DNA of 64,000 bases from Sphaerodactylus townsendi (Eukaryota). Of this stretch, positions 24,767 to 36,700 are shown one piece after another (within the stretch, counting starts at the first letter, position 1; the number at the start of each line of letters is the position of its first letter). The notes beneath the pieces are model-generated. The model searched no databases and had not been told where the DNA came from. It saw only the letters and a list, made by a program, of their open reading frames with translations. A program made the translations under genes and the position numbers. Where the stretch lies: positions 58,094,001-58,158,000 of the forward strand of contig NC_059437.1 in assembly GCF_021028975.2 (NCBI RefSeq), read 5' to 3'.

Positions 24767-27700
24767 CAACCCCTGCTTCTTGTCCTGGGATGGGTACATT
24801 CTGTGTGCTGGCATTTCAGGGGTGTTTGGCATGCGGTTAGATCCACAGGGCAGAAAGGGGCAGAGTTGATGTGAGCTCATCCAACCCGGAGATTAGTCCC
24901 CCCCCCCGCCCCCTCTCTCTACAGCACCATCACAAGGTAGGAGTCATGGGTTCTTTTCAGCAGTCCTGGCTTAGTCATCTGAGAGCCCCCCCCCCCCTGC
25001 AGTGCTGGCCTCAGCTGTCTGCCCACCTGCCAAGCCCCAGCCTGTTGGGCATCTACTCAGAACGAAGTCTTGTTTGCCAGGCTGAAGGTTTGACTAGCAG
25101 GAAGGGGGGGGGGTGAAGTGAGAGACAGAGGCCTTTGCATCTGGACTCCTGGCATCCTTCCCAATCCGGGGTGTGTGAAGACACTGCAGTTAAGACCCTC
25201 CCTGTGTTCTGTGCAGCAGGTCTCTGCTCAGCCAGCCCCTGCGGTCACATGCGGAGGGATTATTCCTCAGGCCAAGAGGCCCAGCCGTCCTCTTTGCCGA
25301 GAGCCAATGCAAGGGTGGGACATGCAGGCAGGCATCCTCCTGGTGCTGCCCTCCCAGGTGCCCCTTTGCACAGGCCAATCTCCTGCAGAAGTGTCTGTCT
25401 GTCTGTCTGGTGCACCTGTGAGAAGACACTCTGGGCCAGCTCTCAAAACTGCCCAGGCCGAAGCAGTTGCCCTCTCCCTTGCTGTTAGAACTTGCTTTGC
25501 AAAGGAAGCGTGTGTGTGTTTGGGGGGGGGGGGGAGATGGGGATGTACTTCTGTATGCTTTATTTCCCCTCCCCAAGAATGACCCCGGTGACCGACATGG
25601 TTGCCCCAATGACTGATCGGCCTTGTTTCTTTCTGCAGCTCCCTACTTGGATGCTCTTTCTAGCCACGTGTGCTGCTGGGATTGGGGGGACCTTCCAGTA
25701 CGGGTACAATGTGTCTGTGATCAACGCTCCCACTGAGGTAAGCACCCAAGAAGTCAGGGGAGTCTCTTTGCTGCCTGCTGGCAGGAGGGGGATTATTTCT
25801 GGTTCTTGGGTGCTTTGGACCATTGAAAAGGATCGGCCACATGTGGCTTGCATGAAACTCTCCCCTGGGAAACTTCAAGCCTTGCAAACGGGGCAGGACT
25901 AAGTGTTCTTTGGAGATGCCTTTCACGGGGGCAGGTTGGGGAAGGTCAGACTGCTTGAGCGTCCCGGCTTTGTCCCACTCAAAATGCACCCCCCAGATTT
26001 GTGTTTATTTCCAAGAAACAAGGAACCTGTGCTTTGTCCTGGCCGCCCGTATCCCTCTTCTATGGGGGTGAGGAGGTCTTCCTTTCCTACATCATTCAGG
26101 GGATGGGAGCTCACCCGAAGGACTCTACTGCTCACGCTGGTGGAGCCTCAAGGGCTACTAATGCCCACAGAAACCAGGCCCTATGCAAACTAAACCCGGA
26201 CTGGGAGTGTTTGCCTGACTTCACCGTTGTTAATCAAAAGCGCTCTGATGTGGGCCGGGCAGATGTATCAGCTGATGATTTCTGTGATTAAACTGTGCAA
26301 ATAAGTTTACTGTAACATTTCATGCTTTTTAAGATGGTCAAAACCCAAATCACCGTGGAAAGATCAAAGCCCATGAAAGCAGAAGCTGGACCTAATCTGA
26401 CTTGGGGGGGGGGGGGGGGGAGGGGTGCTCTAGGCCAGCTCTGCAGCGGCCGGCCTTGTCTTTGGGTATATGAAGAAGGGAGGACGGCCCAGCAGGGAAA
26501 GGCGCCGAGGCCTCTTGCCTGGGACCAGCTAACTTGCCCAGCACCACCGTTGTAAGCCAGAGCCCCAGGCTGACTGCCACGGGTGCCACGGATGCCACAG
26601 GGCAGTGTGGACACGCTTGACGGGTTGCAAGAGCCTCACCCTGTCCCTTCGTGTGGCCCACTGTGTGCCCAGCTGCCCTCTGGAAAGGGGAGGGGGGAAT
26701 GGCATTGGGCTTGCCCAGGGAGGTCAGAGTTGCATTTTGCAGAGCCCCCCCCCCCCCCCCGCCCCCTGAGCCCGTGAACCAGGCTGCTCAGCCTGAAGGT
26801 GCCCTCTTTGCCCTTTCAGCACATCCACAAGTTCCTGAATGACACCTGGTGGGAGCGCTACCAGGCAGCCCTCAGCCCCGGCATGCTGACCCTGCTCTGG
26901 TCCACCGTAGCATCCATCTTTTCGCTCGGAGGCCTGTTTGGAGCACACTTGGGAGGCAGGTTGGCCATTTGGCTGGGGAGGTGAGTTCCAGCCTGGAAGA
27001 GGTGTATTTCTTATATTACTTTACTGGATCCCAAACAGTTAAGAGAGAAGCATCTTGGGGAAACCAGCACATTTTGTGAACCATAAGCCCTCCGGGGAAG
27101 AGGCGGCCTATAAATCTAAAATATAAATAAAAAATAAAATAAAAATAAATAACCCCACCCTTCCCCGTGGAGCTTGGGGAAATATCCCCCCCCCCGCCCC
27201 ACACACAAACACACTCCTATTTGCATAGCTTTGTGGAGTAGGTTAGAGTAAGAGAGGAATGACTGGTCTTAGGTCACCCAGTGAGTTTCAAGGCTGAGCA
27301 GAGATTTGAACCCATATCCTACAGCTCCAGGTTCACACTGTAAGAAGAAGAAGAAGAGTTTGGATTTATATCCCCCCTTTCTCTCCTGCAGGAGACTCAA
27401 AGGGGCTCCTTGCCCTTCCCCCCTCATAACAAACACCCTGTGAGGTGGGTGGGGCTGAGAGAGCTCCAAGAAGCTGTGACTCGCCCAAGGTCACCCAGCT
27501 GGCGTGTGCGGAAATGTACAGGCTAATCTGAATTCCCCAGATAAGCCTCCACAGCTCAGGCGGCAGAGCGGGGAATCAAACCCGGTTCCTCCAGATTAGA
27601 TACACGAGCTCTTAACCTCCTACGCCACTGCTGCTCTGGAAGAACATTTAGTGGAAGAAAGGTCCTTGAATTCAAGACATGCAGTCGGTCCAGTTTTAAG

Positions 27701-30700
27701 TTCTGCTGGCACTGAACACCTGCTAGCCATGCCGGGCACAGATGCAGCCTGTGTGTCAAATGGCAGTGGAGGCTCACACATCCAGCTATATGTCACTGAC
27801 ATGTGCCGGCCTGCCATGCCATGCCATCCATGCCCTGCCACCCATGCCATGCCAGCCCACCCTGAGGGCAAAACAGGCGATCCCTGGGGGTTCTCACCAA
27901 AGGAATTCTGTCTCTGCCCCCATGCTTGTCCTCCTGACAGGAAAGGAGGGCTTTTGATGAACAACTTCATAGCTGTCCTTGCTGCTCTTCTGATGGGCAT
28001 CAGTTCACCCACGGGGCTGTACGAACTACTCATCGCTGGGAGGTTCTTGATTGGCGTGAACACAGGTAAATGCCACGCAGAGCGTCCTTGTCAGGGGTGC
28101 TGATTAGCTGGGTCGCGTTGCTCTGACTGCCGGGCTTCCTCTGTGGACCTGCTGCAGCAGGGGATAGTGGTGCAAGACTGTGCTTCTGCTGGAGTCCTTG
28201 GACTGATTCTTCATGCATCGTAGTTCAGTTCAGTGCTGCTCATTCCACTTGGATAACCAAGTCCACCCAGACATGCAGCCTGTGTCAGAAAGGAGAGGTC
28301 ACCTGCCAGCACTAGGGAGAGGCCCTTGGGGGCTGCCGACGGTTCTCCCCAGAGACCCACTCAGAAGAGTCTGAGGCAAGCCTGCCGCTGGCTGATAAAT
28401 CCAGTCCCTGTGAGCTCAAGCCCACCTGGTGCGAGGGAAGGGTTGGTGGGTACACAGCACACCCGCTCTCTCTTGGTCCAGGAGCAGGTGGTCAGGGCTG
28501 GCTAGGAGGAAGTCTGTCCCCGCCCTCTCCCACTCTTGGTCTTTTTGCTCATAATGAACAAAATTGATTTGAAGTGCAGAGTGCAGTTTACTTCCAGATC
28601 CAGAAGGTGGTTCTGTTTTGAGAGAAGGCTGCCTCTCCAGGGTACCAGAAGGACAGATTTTGGTCCTGGGAGGAAACAGTTTATTCCCCTCCCCCACATC
28701 ACCCATTGCCATTGTGACACAAATGGGGACTGTAGTATGTACCCTCTACCCACCCCACCCCACACCCACCCCACCCCCCGCACCTCCACGGTGCAGAACA
28801 TGTGAAGGGGTCATGGGGCAACAATCCTACTTCTTTCTTTCTTTCCTCCTTTGGAATCATATTCCACACTTCGATCGCAGAGGTTTTTCGGAGCTTTTCA
28901 GAGACAAGGACTTGAGTCCCAGCAGGAAGGCAGCCTTGTCAGTCTGCTACTGCTGAAATAAACAGGAATCTTCTGGCACCCCAGAGCCCAACAAGACTTT
29001 AGTGTCACTTTTTCAGCTTTTGGACAGTTCGAACATCTAACCACGTTTTTTGCAATGGCAAATAAAAGCAAGGCTACATCCAGAGGGGGTCTCTGGTAGC
29101 CGCTCCCTTGCTCTGTCACACCGAGCACTAGAAAGGAGGGGCATAAACAGTTGCAATGATAAAATAAAATGCCATTTACTCAGCAGTAAGGGGCACGGGG
29201 GGGGGGGGGTTGGTGGTGGTGGTAAAGTAGCCGTTGTGTGCTAGGCTGAAAAGCTCTATTTCCTTGGCAGGGATTGGGCTGTGCCTGCAGCCTCTCTACA
29301 TTGGAGAAGCTGCCCCCAAACACCTGCGAGGGGCGATGACCATGGGCAGCTCCATATTTTTGACCGGGGGGATTCTGACAGGACAAATCATTGGCTTAAG
29401 GTGAGTGTCAGAGTCTCTTTGCAATGGCTGAGGGGGCCGAGGGGAGGCTGTGCAGCAGATGCTTAAAGCCTTGAAGGGTGGACTATGCTTCTGCACAGGG
29501 GCTGAGAGGGACCCTGCAGGATCCAACCCATTTGGGTTCATTCAGGTCAGCATCCTGTTTCCCTTGACGAGTCAGGATGGGAAAGCACAAGCAGGCTGAC
29601 CTCCTTTGTACCTGGCGGCCCCAATTAACCATCCTGGCTGATGGCTGTTGAGTGCCCGTCTTCTCTCTCTTTGAAGCCATGCAGAGATCACCATATCTTG
29701 GTGGCAGTGAGTTTCCAAAGTGATAATCTGTTCGTGCAATCAGTGTTGCCAATCTGCAGCTGGGCCTGGAGAACCTGGTACCTCACCAAACACTCCTGAG
29801 TAGACTTAGCAGGCAGAACATATGGACTGAAACTGGCGAAATGGCAGGCAGAAAAGCGTAGGACTCAACGGACCATTCTTGCAATAGATGGAAAGGAGCA
29901 GTGCGGTCCTACAAGGACAAGTACTGGGGCTCGTACTACTTAATTTGTTCATGAGTGATCTGGAAGAAGGGATGCGTCATGTTGGGGCCAAGTTTGCAGA
30001 TGACACAACATTTTTCATGATGGTGATAAGCAAGGAGGATCCCGACAAATTGAGCAAGTGAGCGACAATGTGGCATTGAGTGAGTGGGCGACCAGCTAAG
30101 CTGATCAGCACTGGGACAAAATTTCCCCCACCCCCCACCCACTACAAGGTTAGGTTACTGGGGTTTGAACTTGTTGAGGCTGAGAGGGGGAAAGAACTTG
30201 GGGTTGTAGCAGGTAGCTCTATTAAAGTGTCCCCCCCCCCAGTGTTCCACAGCTGTAGAAAAGGCAAACTCTGTGTTAGGGGTTATTGGGAAAGGGGTTG
30301 AAGATAATGCAGCCGGTATGGATGGATGGTGTGGCCTCATTTGCAATACTGTGTGGAGTTCTCTTCACCATATATTCAAAAGGACGCTACAGAGCTGGAA
30401 AACATTACAGAAGGACCACTAGGGCAACCCAGATGGTTGGGGGTCAGAGCACCTTCCTCAGGAAGAAAGGCTGCAGAGGCTGGGACTGCTCAGGTTAGAA
30501 AAGAGATGAGGAGGGAGACATGATGGAGATTTATAAAATAATTCATGCAGTAGAGAGATGACAAAGAGAACTTTTTCTCCTGCTCCCAAAATACTAGAAT
30601 TTAAGGACATCCAATGAAATTGATGGGCAACAGATTCAGGGAAAACAAAAAGAAATACTTCTTTACACAGCGAATGACTGAAATGTGAAATTTTCTGCCA

Positions 30701-33700
30701 GAGGATACAATGATGGCCACAGGGCATATGTGGGAGTGTAAAGGGCCGTCAAGCCACGGCTGATTTACGGCAACCCCACTGGTTTTTAAAGGCATAGTTC
30801 AACAGAGGAGGCTTTTCATTGCCTTCCTCTGCAGAGTCTTCCTCGGTGGTCTCCCACTGAAGTACCCACCCTGCATAGTTGCTGAGATCTGGTTGGGCTG
30901 CATTACACCGTATTCCACTTTCGTTGGACTCATTGAGGAAAGGTCCATCAGTGGCAACTACCCAGGGTGACTAAAGGGCAGTCAACTTCTGAATCCCCGT
31001 GCCAGCAGAAGAAGGAGAAGAGTTTGGATTTGTACCCCACTTTTCTCAACTGTTAGGAGGCACAAGTTGGCTTCCAAACGCCTTTCCCTTCCTCTCCCCT
31101 CAACACTTTGTGAAGTAGGTGGGGCTTAGGGAGTTTGGCCAGATCTGAGTTGGGTTCATGTGGAGGGCGGGGGGACAAACTCTCAGCTACCCCCACATCA
31201 CTCTGACAGCACCAGGGGGAGGTCTTGTCCTGGTGCTGGCCCTCCAGAGTCACGTGTTGGCCACTGTGTGAACTGTGAAGCAGGATGTGGGCTAGACGGA
31301 CCCAGCAAGGCTCTTCTGAGGTTGTTGTGATCTTTCAGAACGGCAACTGATCTTCAGCTCCTCTAGAGAAAGCCACAGCTTGGGGGGGGGGGGGGGCTGG
31401 ACTCTCTGGCATCACATCCCTCCCCAGACTTCACCCTCCCCAAGCTCCACTCCCAAGCTCCAGGAATTCTCCAATCCAGAGTTGGCAACCCTGGAAATGT
31501 GACGAAGACTGAGATTACTTCTGCCACTTCTTTTAATATCCTTGGAGGTGGTTCATCAGGCCATGGAGACTTGAATTTATTTAGAGCAGCCATGCATTCT
31601 AGTACTACCTTTATTCTGTGGTGGATGAAATGACAACTTGTACATCCAGACTTGTACTTCCAACCCAGAGCATCATAATCCCAAGTGATATCCTGGAAGC
31701 CACGTCTTGCAGTGTCACGGGTTCCCATGTGGACCAAAAGGAACGTGTAACAGTCAGTGGGCTTGACGAGTCTTGTCAGCCACTCTGTTACACCATGGAT
31801 TTTTGCCCCAGGGTGACAGCAGCACACCTCTTGAGACAACCTGTCAGGCCTACACATCAGTGCTTCTGTCCCCTCAGCAATGAATCCCCTACCACCACCA
31901 CCGCCACCACCGCCACCACCACCTGTCCCCAGATTAGCATGGGCCATTCCTTGTGCTGAATCTTCCAAGGTCACCTGCACGTTCTCTGAGGACTGTCTCT
32001 GTTCCTCATTATTATCACTGAGAAGGGAGAGAGCTTCAGATGGGCAGTGGCTCTCAAGCAGAGAAAGCTCTTTCCCAAGATCTGCCCAGGGAGGTGCCTT
32101 AGCAGGACATGCTAGCGATAGAAGAACCTGGGACTTTCTGCATGTGAGGAGGACGTCTCCCTTTAGTGTGGAGTAGAGGGCTGCTTGCTGACTCTGTTAA
32201 GGACACGTTAGATAGCATATAATGTTTGCATAATTCACTGTTCACCTTCCTCCATTTACTCCCACTCCCAGCTTCCTGTTCTTAACTCATTTCTGATCCA
32301 TATCTGTGCTTATATCCCATGACTGCCAAAGTTTACAAAAACAGAACAAAAAAACAACTGTTTTGTCTGGTAGCGCCCTGAAGACTCACACACTCGGCTG
32401 GATGACTGTCTCTGTGGGGCTGCCCCCGAGGAGTGCCTAGAAAGTTCAGCACAGAAAACTGAGGGAAAAGCTACTGACTGGGGTGGGCAGCACAGACTTC
32501 CTCACTCCAGCTATGCTGGTTCCCTGTATGGTTACCTTTTGCTGCGGGCAAAGACTTCTCTGGTTAACTTGGTGTTCCTTTACTTGCCTTTCTTCCCGTT
32601 TATAGACATATGGATAGATAGGTATGGATGGATCAGTGCAGATATAGATATGGACGTATGTGTTGTCTCCAAAGTTGATTTTAAAGCCTTCTTTGTTGTT
32701 TGCCAACTTGAGGGCGTGTAAAGCAGAATAAATTTAAAGTGTTTTAAATGAAATGAATAAATTAAATATTTATTGCAGCTTAAGTAAGCTCTCGCTCACA
32801 AAATTTCCTGCTATTATGAATTGGTTTAGCCCAATTTGTGTAATGCAAAGTCCATGTGGGCTTTTGACATATCCTGGGACTTTTTCCCAGAACAGTGGTG
32901 GCCCAATTTGGACGGGGAGCATTATGTGCGACACTTAAATCTTTTCCCTCCATCCACACCCTTTTGCTGACCTGAGACAGCTCCACAGAGCCACTGTTTG
33001 CCCATTGGAAATATGTATATGTGCATGTAGAGTTCCCCAGTGTGGCAAACATTGGCCCCCTTTGACAGTGTTGGGAGGGAGACTTTTGCCTCTCTCCATT
33101 TGCCAGCGGTCGCAGTGCAGGTCAGACCCTGCAAGCCTGGGAATGACGTTCCCAGTGAGGAATTCCCCACATCTGTCTGACTGGATGTCTTCATGGGGGC
33201 CACAGAGAAGATGCCAGGATCAGCCCTTCTCCTTGTTTTTGCTGAGGTCAACTGACATGGCTGTTGCATTTCAAGTTAACTCAAGGGGCCGCCTGAGCTG
33301 TGGAGGCTTCTCTGGGGAATTCAGATTAGCCCGTGCACTCCCACACACGCCAGCTGGGTGACCTTGGGCTAGTCACAGCTTCTTGGAGCTCTCCCAGCCC
33401 CACCTACCTCACAGGGTGTTTGTTGTGGGGGGGAAGGGCAGAGGCGTAGCTAGACCAGAGTGTGCCCAGTGCACACTCTGGCTTTCTCGCCCCCACGGCG
33501 GCACCCCCCACAGCGACCCCCGCAGCACCCCACCCTACCCCACCCACTTTTAGGAAAGTACCAGGCCGGAGAAGGCCAGAGCCCCTGGGAAATGTAGTTC
33601 CCACCAGGCCCAGGCAATGCAAGCAGGCTTCTGGCCTGCTCCACTCCTCAAAGAAGTGGGGTGGTGCGCTGCGGGGGGGCCAGGGGGCCAAGGGGGGATT

Positions 33701-36700
33701 TTTCCACCCCCCACATGACTAGAAATGGTGCGCCCGGTGCATCACGCCCCCCGTCCCCTGGTGGCTTCGCCACTGGGGAAGGGCAAGAAGACTGAGTCTC
33801 CTAGAGGAGAGAAAGGGGGGGGGTGTAAATCCAAACTACTCCTCCTCCTTCGAAGAGGGAATTACTTTCAAAATCCCAGTTTTTAATGGCTGCCAGATTG
33901 CCACAGCCACATTCTTTTGGCCCCTCTCAAGGAATTCCAAGAGGTGTTGTGGGGTTTCCGGGCTGCATGGCCGTGTTCCAGTAGCATTTTCTCCTGACGT
34001 TTCGCCTGCATCTGTGGCTGGCATCTTCAGAGGATCTGATGGTAGTAAAGCAAGTGGAGTATATGTACCTGAGGAATGTCCAGGGTGGGAGAAAGAACCA
34101 TTTGCCTGCTTTAACAAGTGTAAAGGGTGCAGTCAGCAAGCTTGATTTGCATGTGTTGAGTGGGATCCACCCATTTTAGCAGGTGAGTAATCTTGAAGAG
34201 AGCATAATCAATTAGTGAGGGCATCTGCATAGTAGTAGCCCGGCCTTTTGATCCCTTGGATTGCTTACTGCCTAGAGCAGGGGTCCCCAAACTTTTAAAA
34301 CAGGGGGCCAGTTCACTGTCCCTCAGACTGTTGGAGCGCCGGACTAAAAAAACCTATGAACAAATTCCTATGCACAAATGATTGTAAAATGTTTGATTTC
34401 ACCTTTCAGCCTTTCTGTCATGGTCTATTTTTAGAACAGTGACCAAAGTATGTCAAGTACAGGGTGGGCTCCAAATATTGTTGGGGAGGCTGTGGAATAC
34501 CTTCCCCTGTTAAAAAAAAAGCAGAACTTTCCCAATGAAGCATTCCATCTAACCCAGGATCAGGTATCTTCCTGGGTTCTTTCCTCCCTAGCAGCCAGCG
34601 AGCGATTCGCCAGCCTGGCTGATGCCAATGGGAGTGAGGCGGAACAGAAAGCCTGAGAGCAACACATGGAGTAGCTGAGAGGGAAGGGCGGAGCAGGCGT
34701 TGCCACATGTAAGGTTTCCAACTCTGGGTCAGAAAATTCATGGAGATTTGGGGGTGCCATCATGTAACTGCAATCAACAGCTGTTGGAGCCAGTTCCTCC
34801 TCTCCCTCGAGCCCCCACTGCACATGAATGGAGCCATCACCGCCATGCCTGGCGGGCCGGATAAATGCCTTCAGGGCCCCCGGGCCGTAGTTTGGGGACC
34901 CCTGGCCTAGAGGCATCCTTTATCTGGGTGTTATTCAATAGCCCTTTGACTGTTTACTGCCTGGAGAAATCTTGTGTCTGGGTGGGGTTCATTAGTCACT
35001 GTCTTGATTCCAGTGTTTTTCAGTACTGATAGCCACATTTCATGGTTTCTTCCTTTCTGTTGAAACTGTCCATGTGCTTGTGGATTTCAATGGCCATGAA
35101 AGCCTTCGACAATACGTTGAATCCCAAGAGGCCGATGAGGCAGAACTTCCCAGTCCTGAGGTCGTGTTGAGGTAGACTTAGAGAGCTGCTACCTCAGATT
35201 AACAAGGCTTATTCTTCTATCTGCTTCACGTTTCTAGCTTTAGTAATAACTCCCTTCTCACAGGGAGTTACTTGGTGAAGACAAGTACTGGCCTTTTCTG
35301 CTTTCAAGCTGCTGCTTCCCGGCCTTTTTCCAACTCCTGACTCTTCCCTGGTTTCCAGAAAGTCCCCGGTATCTATTCATTGACAGAGGGGATGAGATGA
35401 AATGTCTCCAAGGTAAGTCACACCTGACATGTGTCCTTCTGCATCGTTAGCGAGAGAAGGAGGAGCCCCTGGAGCTCTGCAACAGCCTCGGGGCCCTTCC
35501 AACACCCACCATCACTTCCTGTGCCAAGTGACTCTTGATGGCTACTGGCCGTTTCCTCCCAGGCCTCTTGCCGGGTCATGCCAGCCACGTCCTGCAGGAA
35601 GAAGTGGGACCCAGCCAGGAGGAAGGGTTGCCCAAGCCTTCTGTTCACTGCCGCTGATTCATTGTGTGGCCTCCTGGGCCAGTCAGTTGTCTCCCCACCC
35701 CAGAAGTGTCCCACCTGTGCAGGGTGCTGAGGTGGAAAGAAGAATGACTGACCGAAGGACAGCCAATCTGAATAACAGTGACCTATCCGACCACTTTCTC
35801 GGACCTCTGGGAGGGTTCACGTGGCCCAGACTGGGCTGCAGTGGCAGGTTTGCCTGCCCTCTTGGGGGGAAGGGCCGGGGTCAAGGGTTCTGCGCTCCAA
35901 GTTCCACCTGGGCTCTGTGTCTTGCCTTGTGCCCTCTCAGCTCTGAAGTGCTTTCATGGCCCTCACCAATACCAGATGGAAATGGAGGATATTCAGCAAG
36001 AGCGCGCTGCCCTGGGGGGTGAGAAGCCCAAGAAGCCCTGGGAACTTTTCACCGACCGCAGCGTCAGGTGGCAGCTCATCACCGTCATCCTCATGCCAAT
36101 GGGCCAGCAGCTGAGTGGCATCAATGCGGTGAGAACGAGCCCAGCTTTGCTCCAACAACTTCTCTGCTAGCCACAAAGCCCAGCAAGCAAGAATCAGGGC
36201 CCCTTCTCATTTAGCAGTTTCCTGAATGTAAACGAACATGGAACTGAGTGAACTGTCAACCCTTTCCTCAAAGAATCCTGGGAACTCAGGCCTTGCAAAG
36301 GTGCTGAGAAAAGGCAGGTTTCTTATGTTCCTCTTTGGTGGGACCACAGGAAACTTTAGTGAGTTCCCACAATAGCAAAATGGTGTGAAAACAGTTTAGA
36401 GTAGTGCAGACAAGACCTAGAGAACAACACAAAGGGGAAAAGGAGGACCCACTCTCTAATAGGGAATTGTTTACGTTGGCAGCACTCAAAGGCAGAAAGA
36501 CCAGTCTGATGGTAGATCAGACTTTTTATGAACCGGGGCAGAAGTCTTGCCTCTGAAACATCACTTAAAATAAGTAAATCACCAGCCCCGCCCTCGTTCC
36601 AAAGTGAACACCAGGAGACCAGTTGGGTTGCCCACCTTCCCTTTTCATGGTCGAAATGGCCAGCACGGCAAGCGGTCCATCTGGCAAGTGGGTGCCTTTG

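Larger units (their letters stand above)
33941..35115 (-). mobile_element. Penelope-like element 3' fragment, interrupted by a hAT MITE
   Basis: [16 protein letters not shown] (GIY-YIG C-terminal motif) at about 35041-35094 minus; hammerhead-bearing terminal repeat; flanking near-direct repeats GAATTCCAAGAGG / GAATCCCAAGAGG. Confidence 0.8.

Noticed and set aside
27560-27636. tRNA gene (also at about 53720-53797)
   Set aside because: A and B boxes are attached to a repeated SINE body and tail; not a standalone tRNA.
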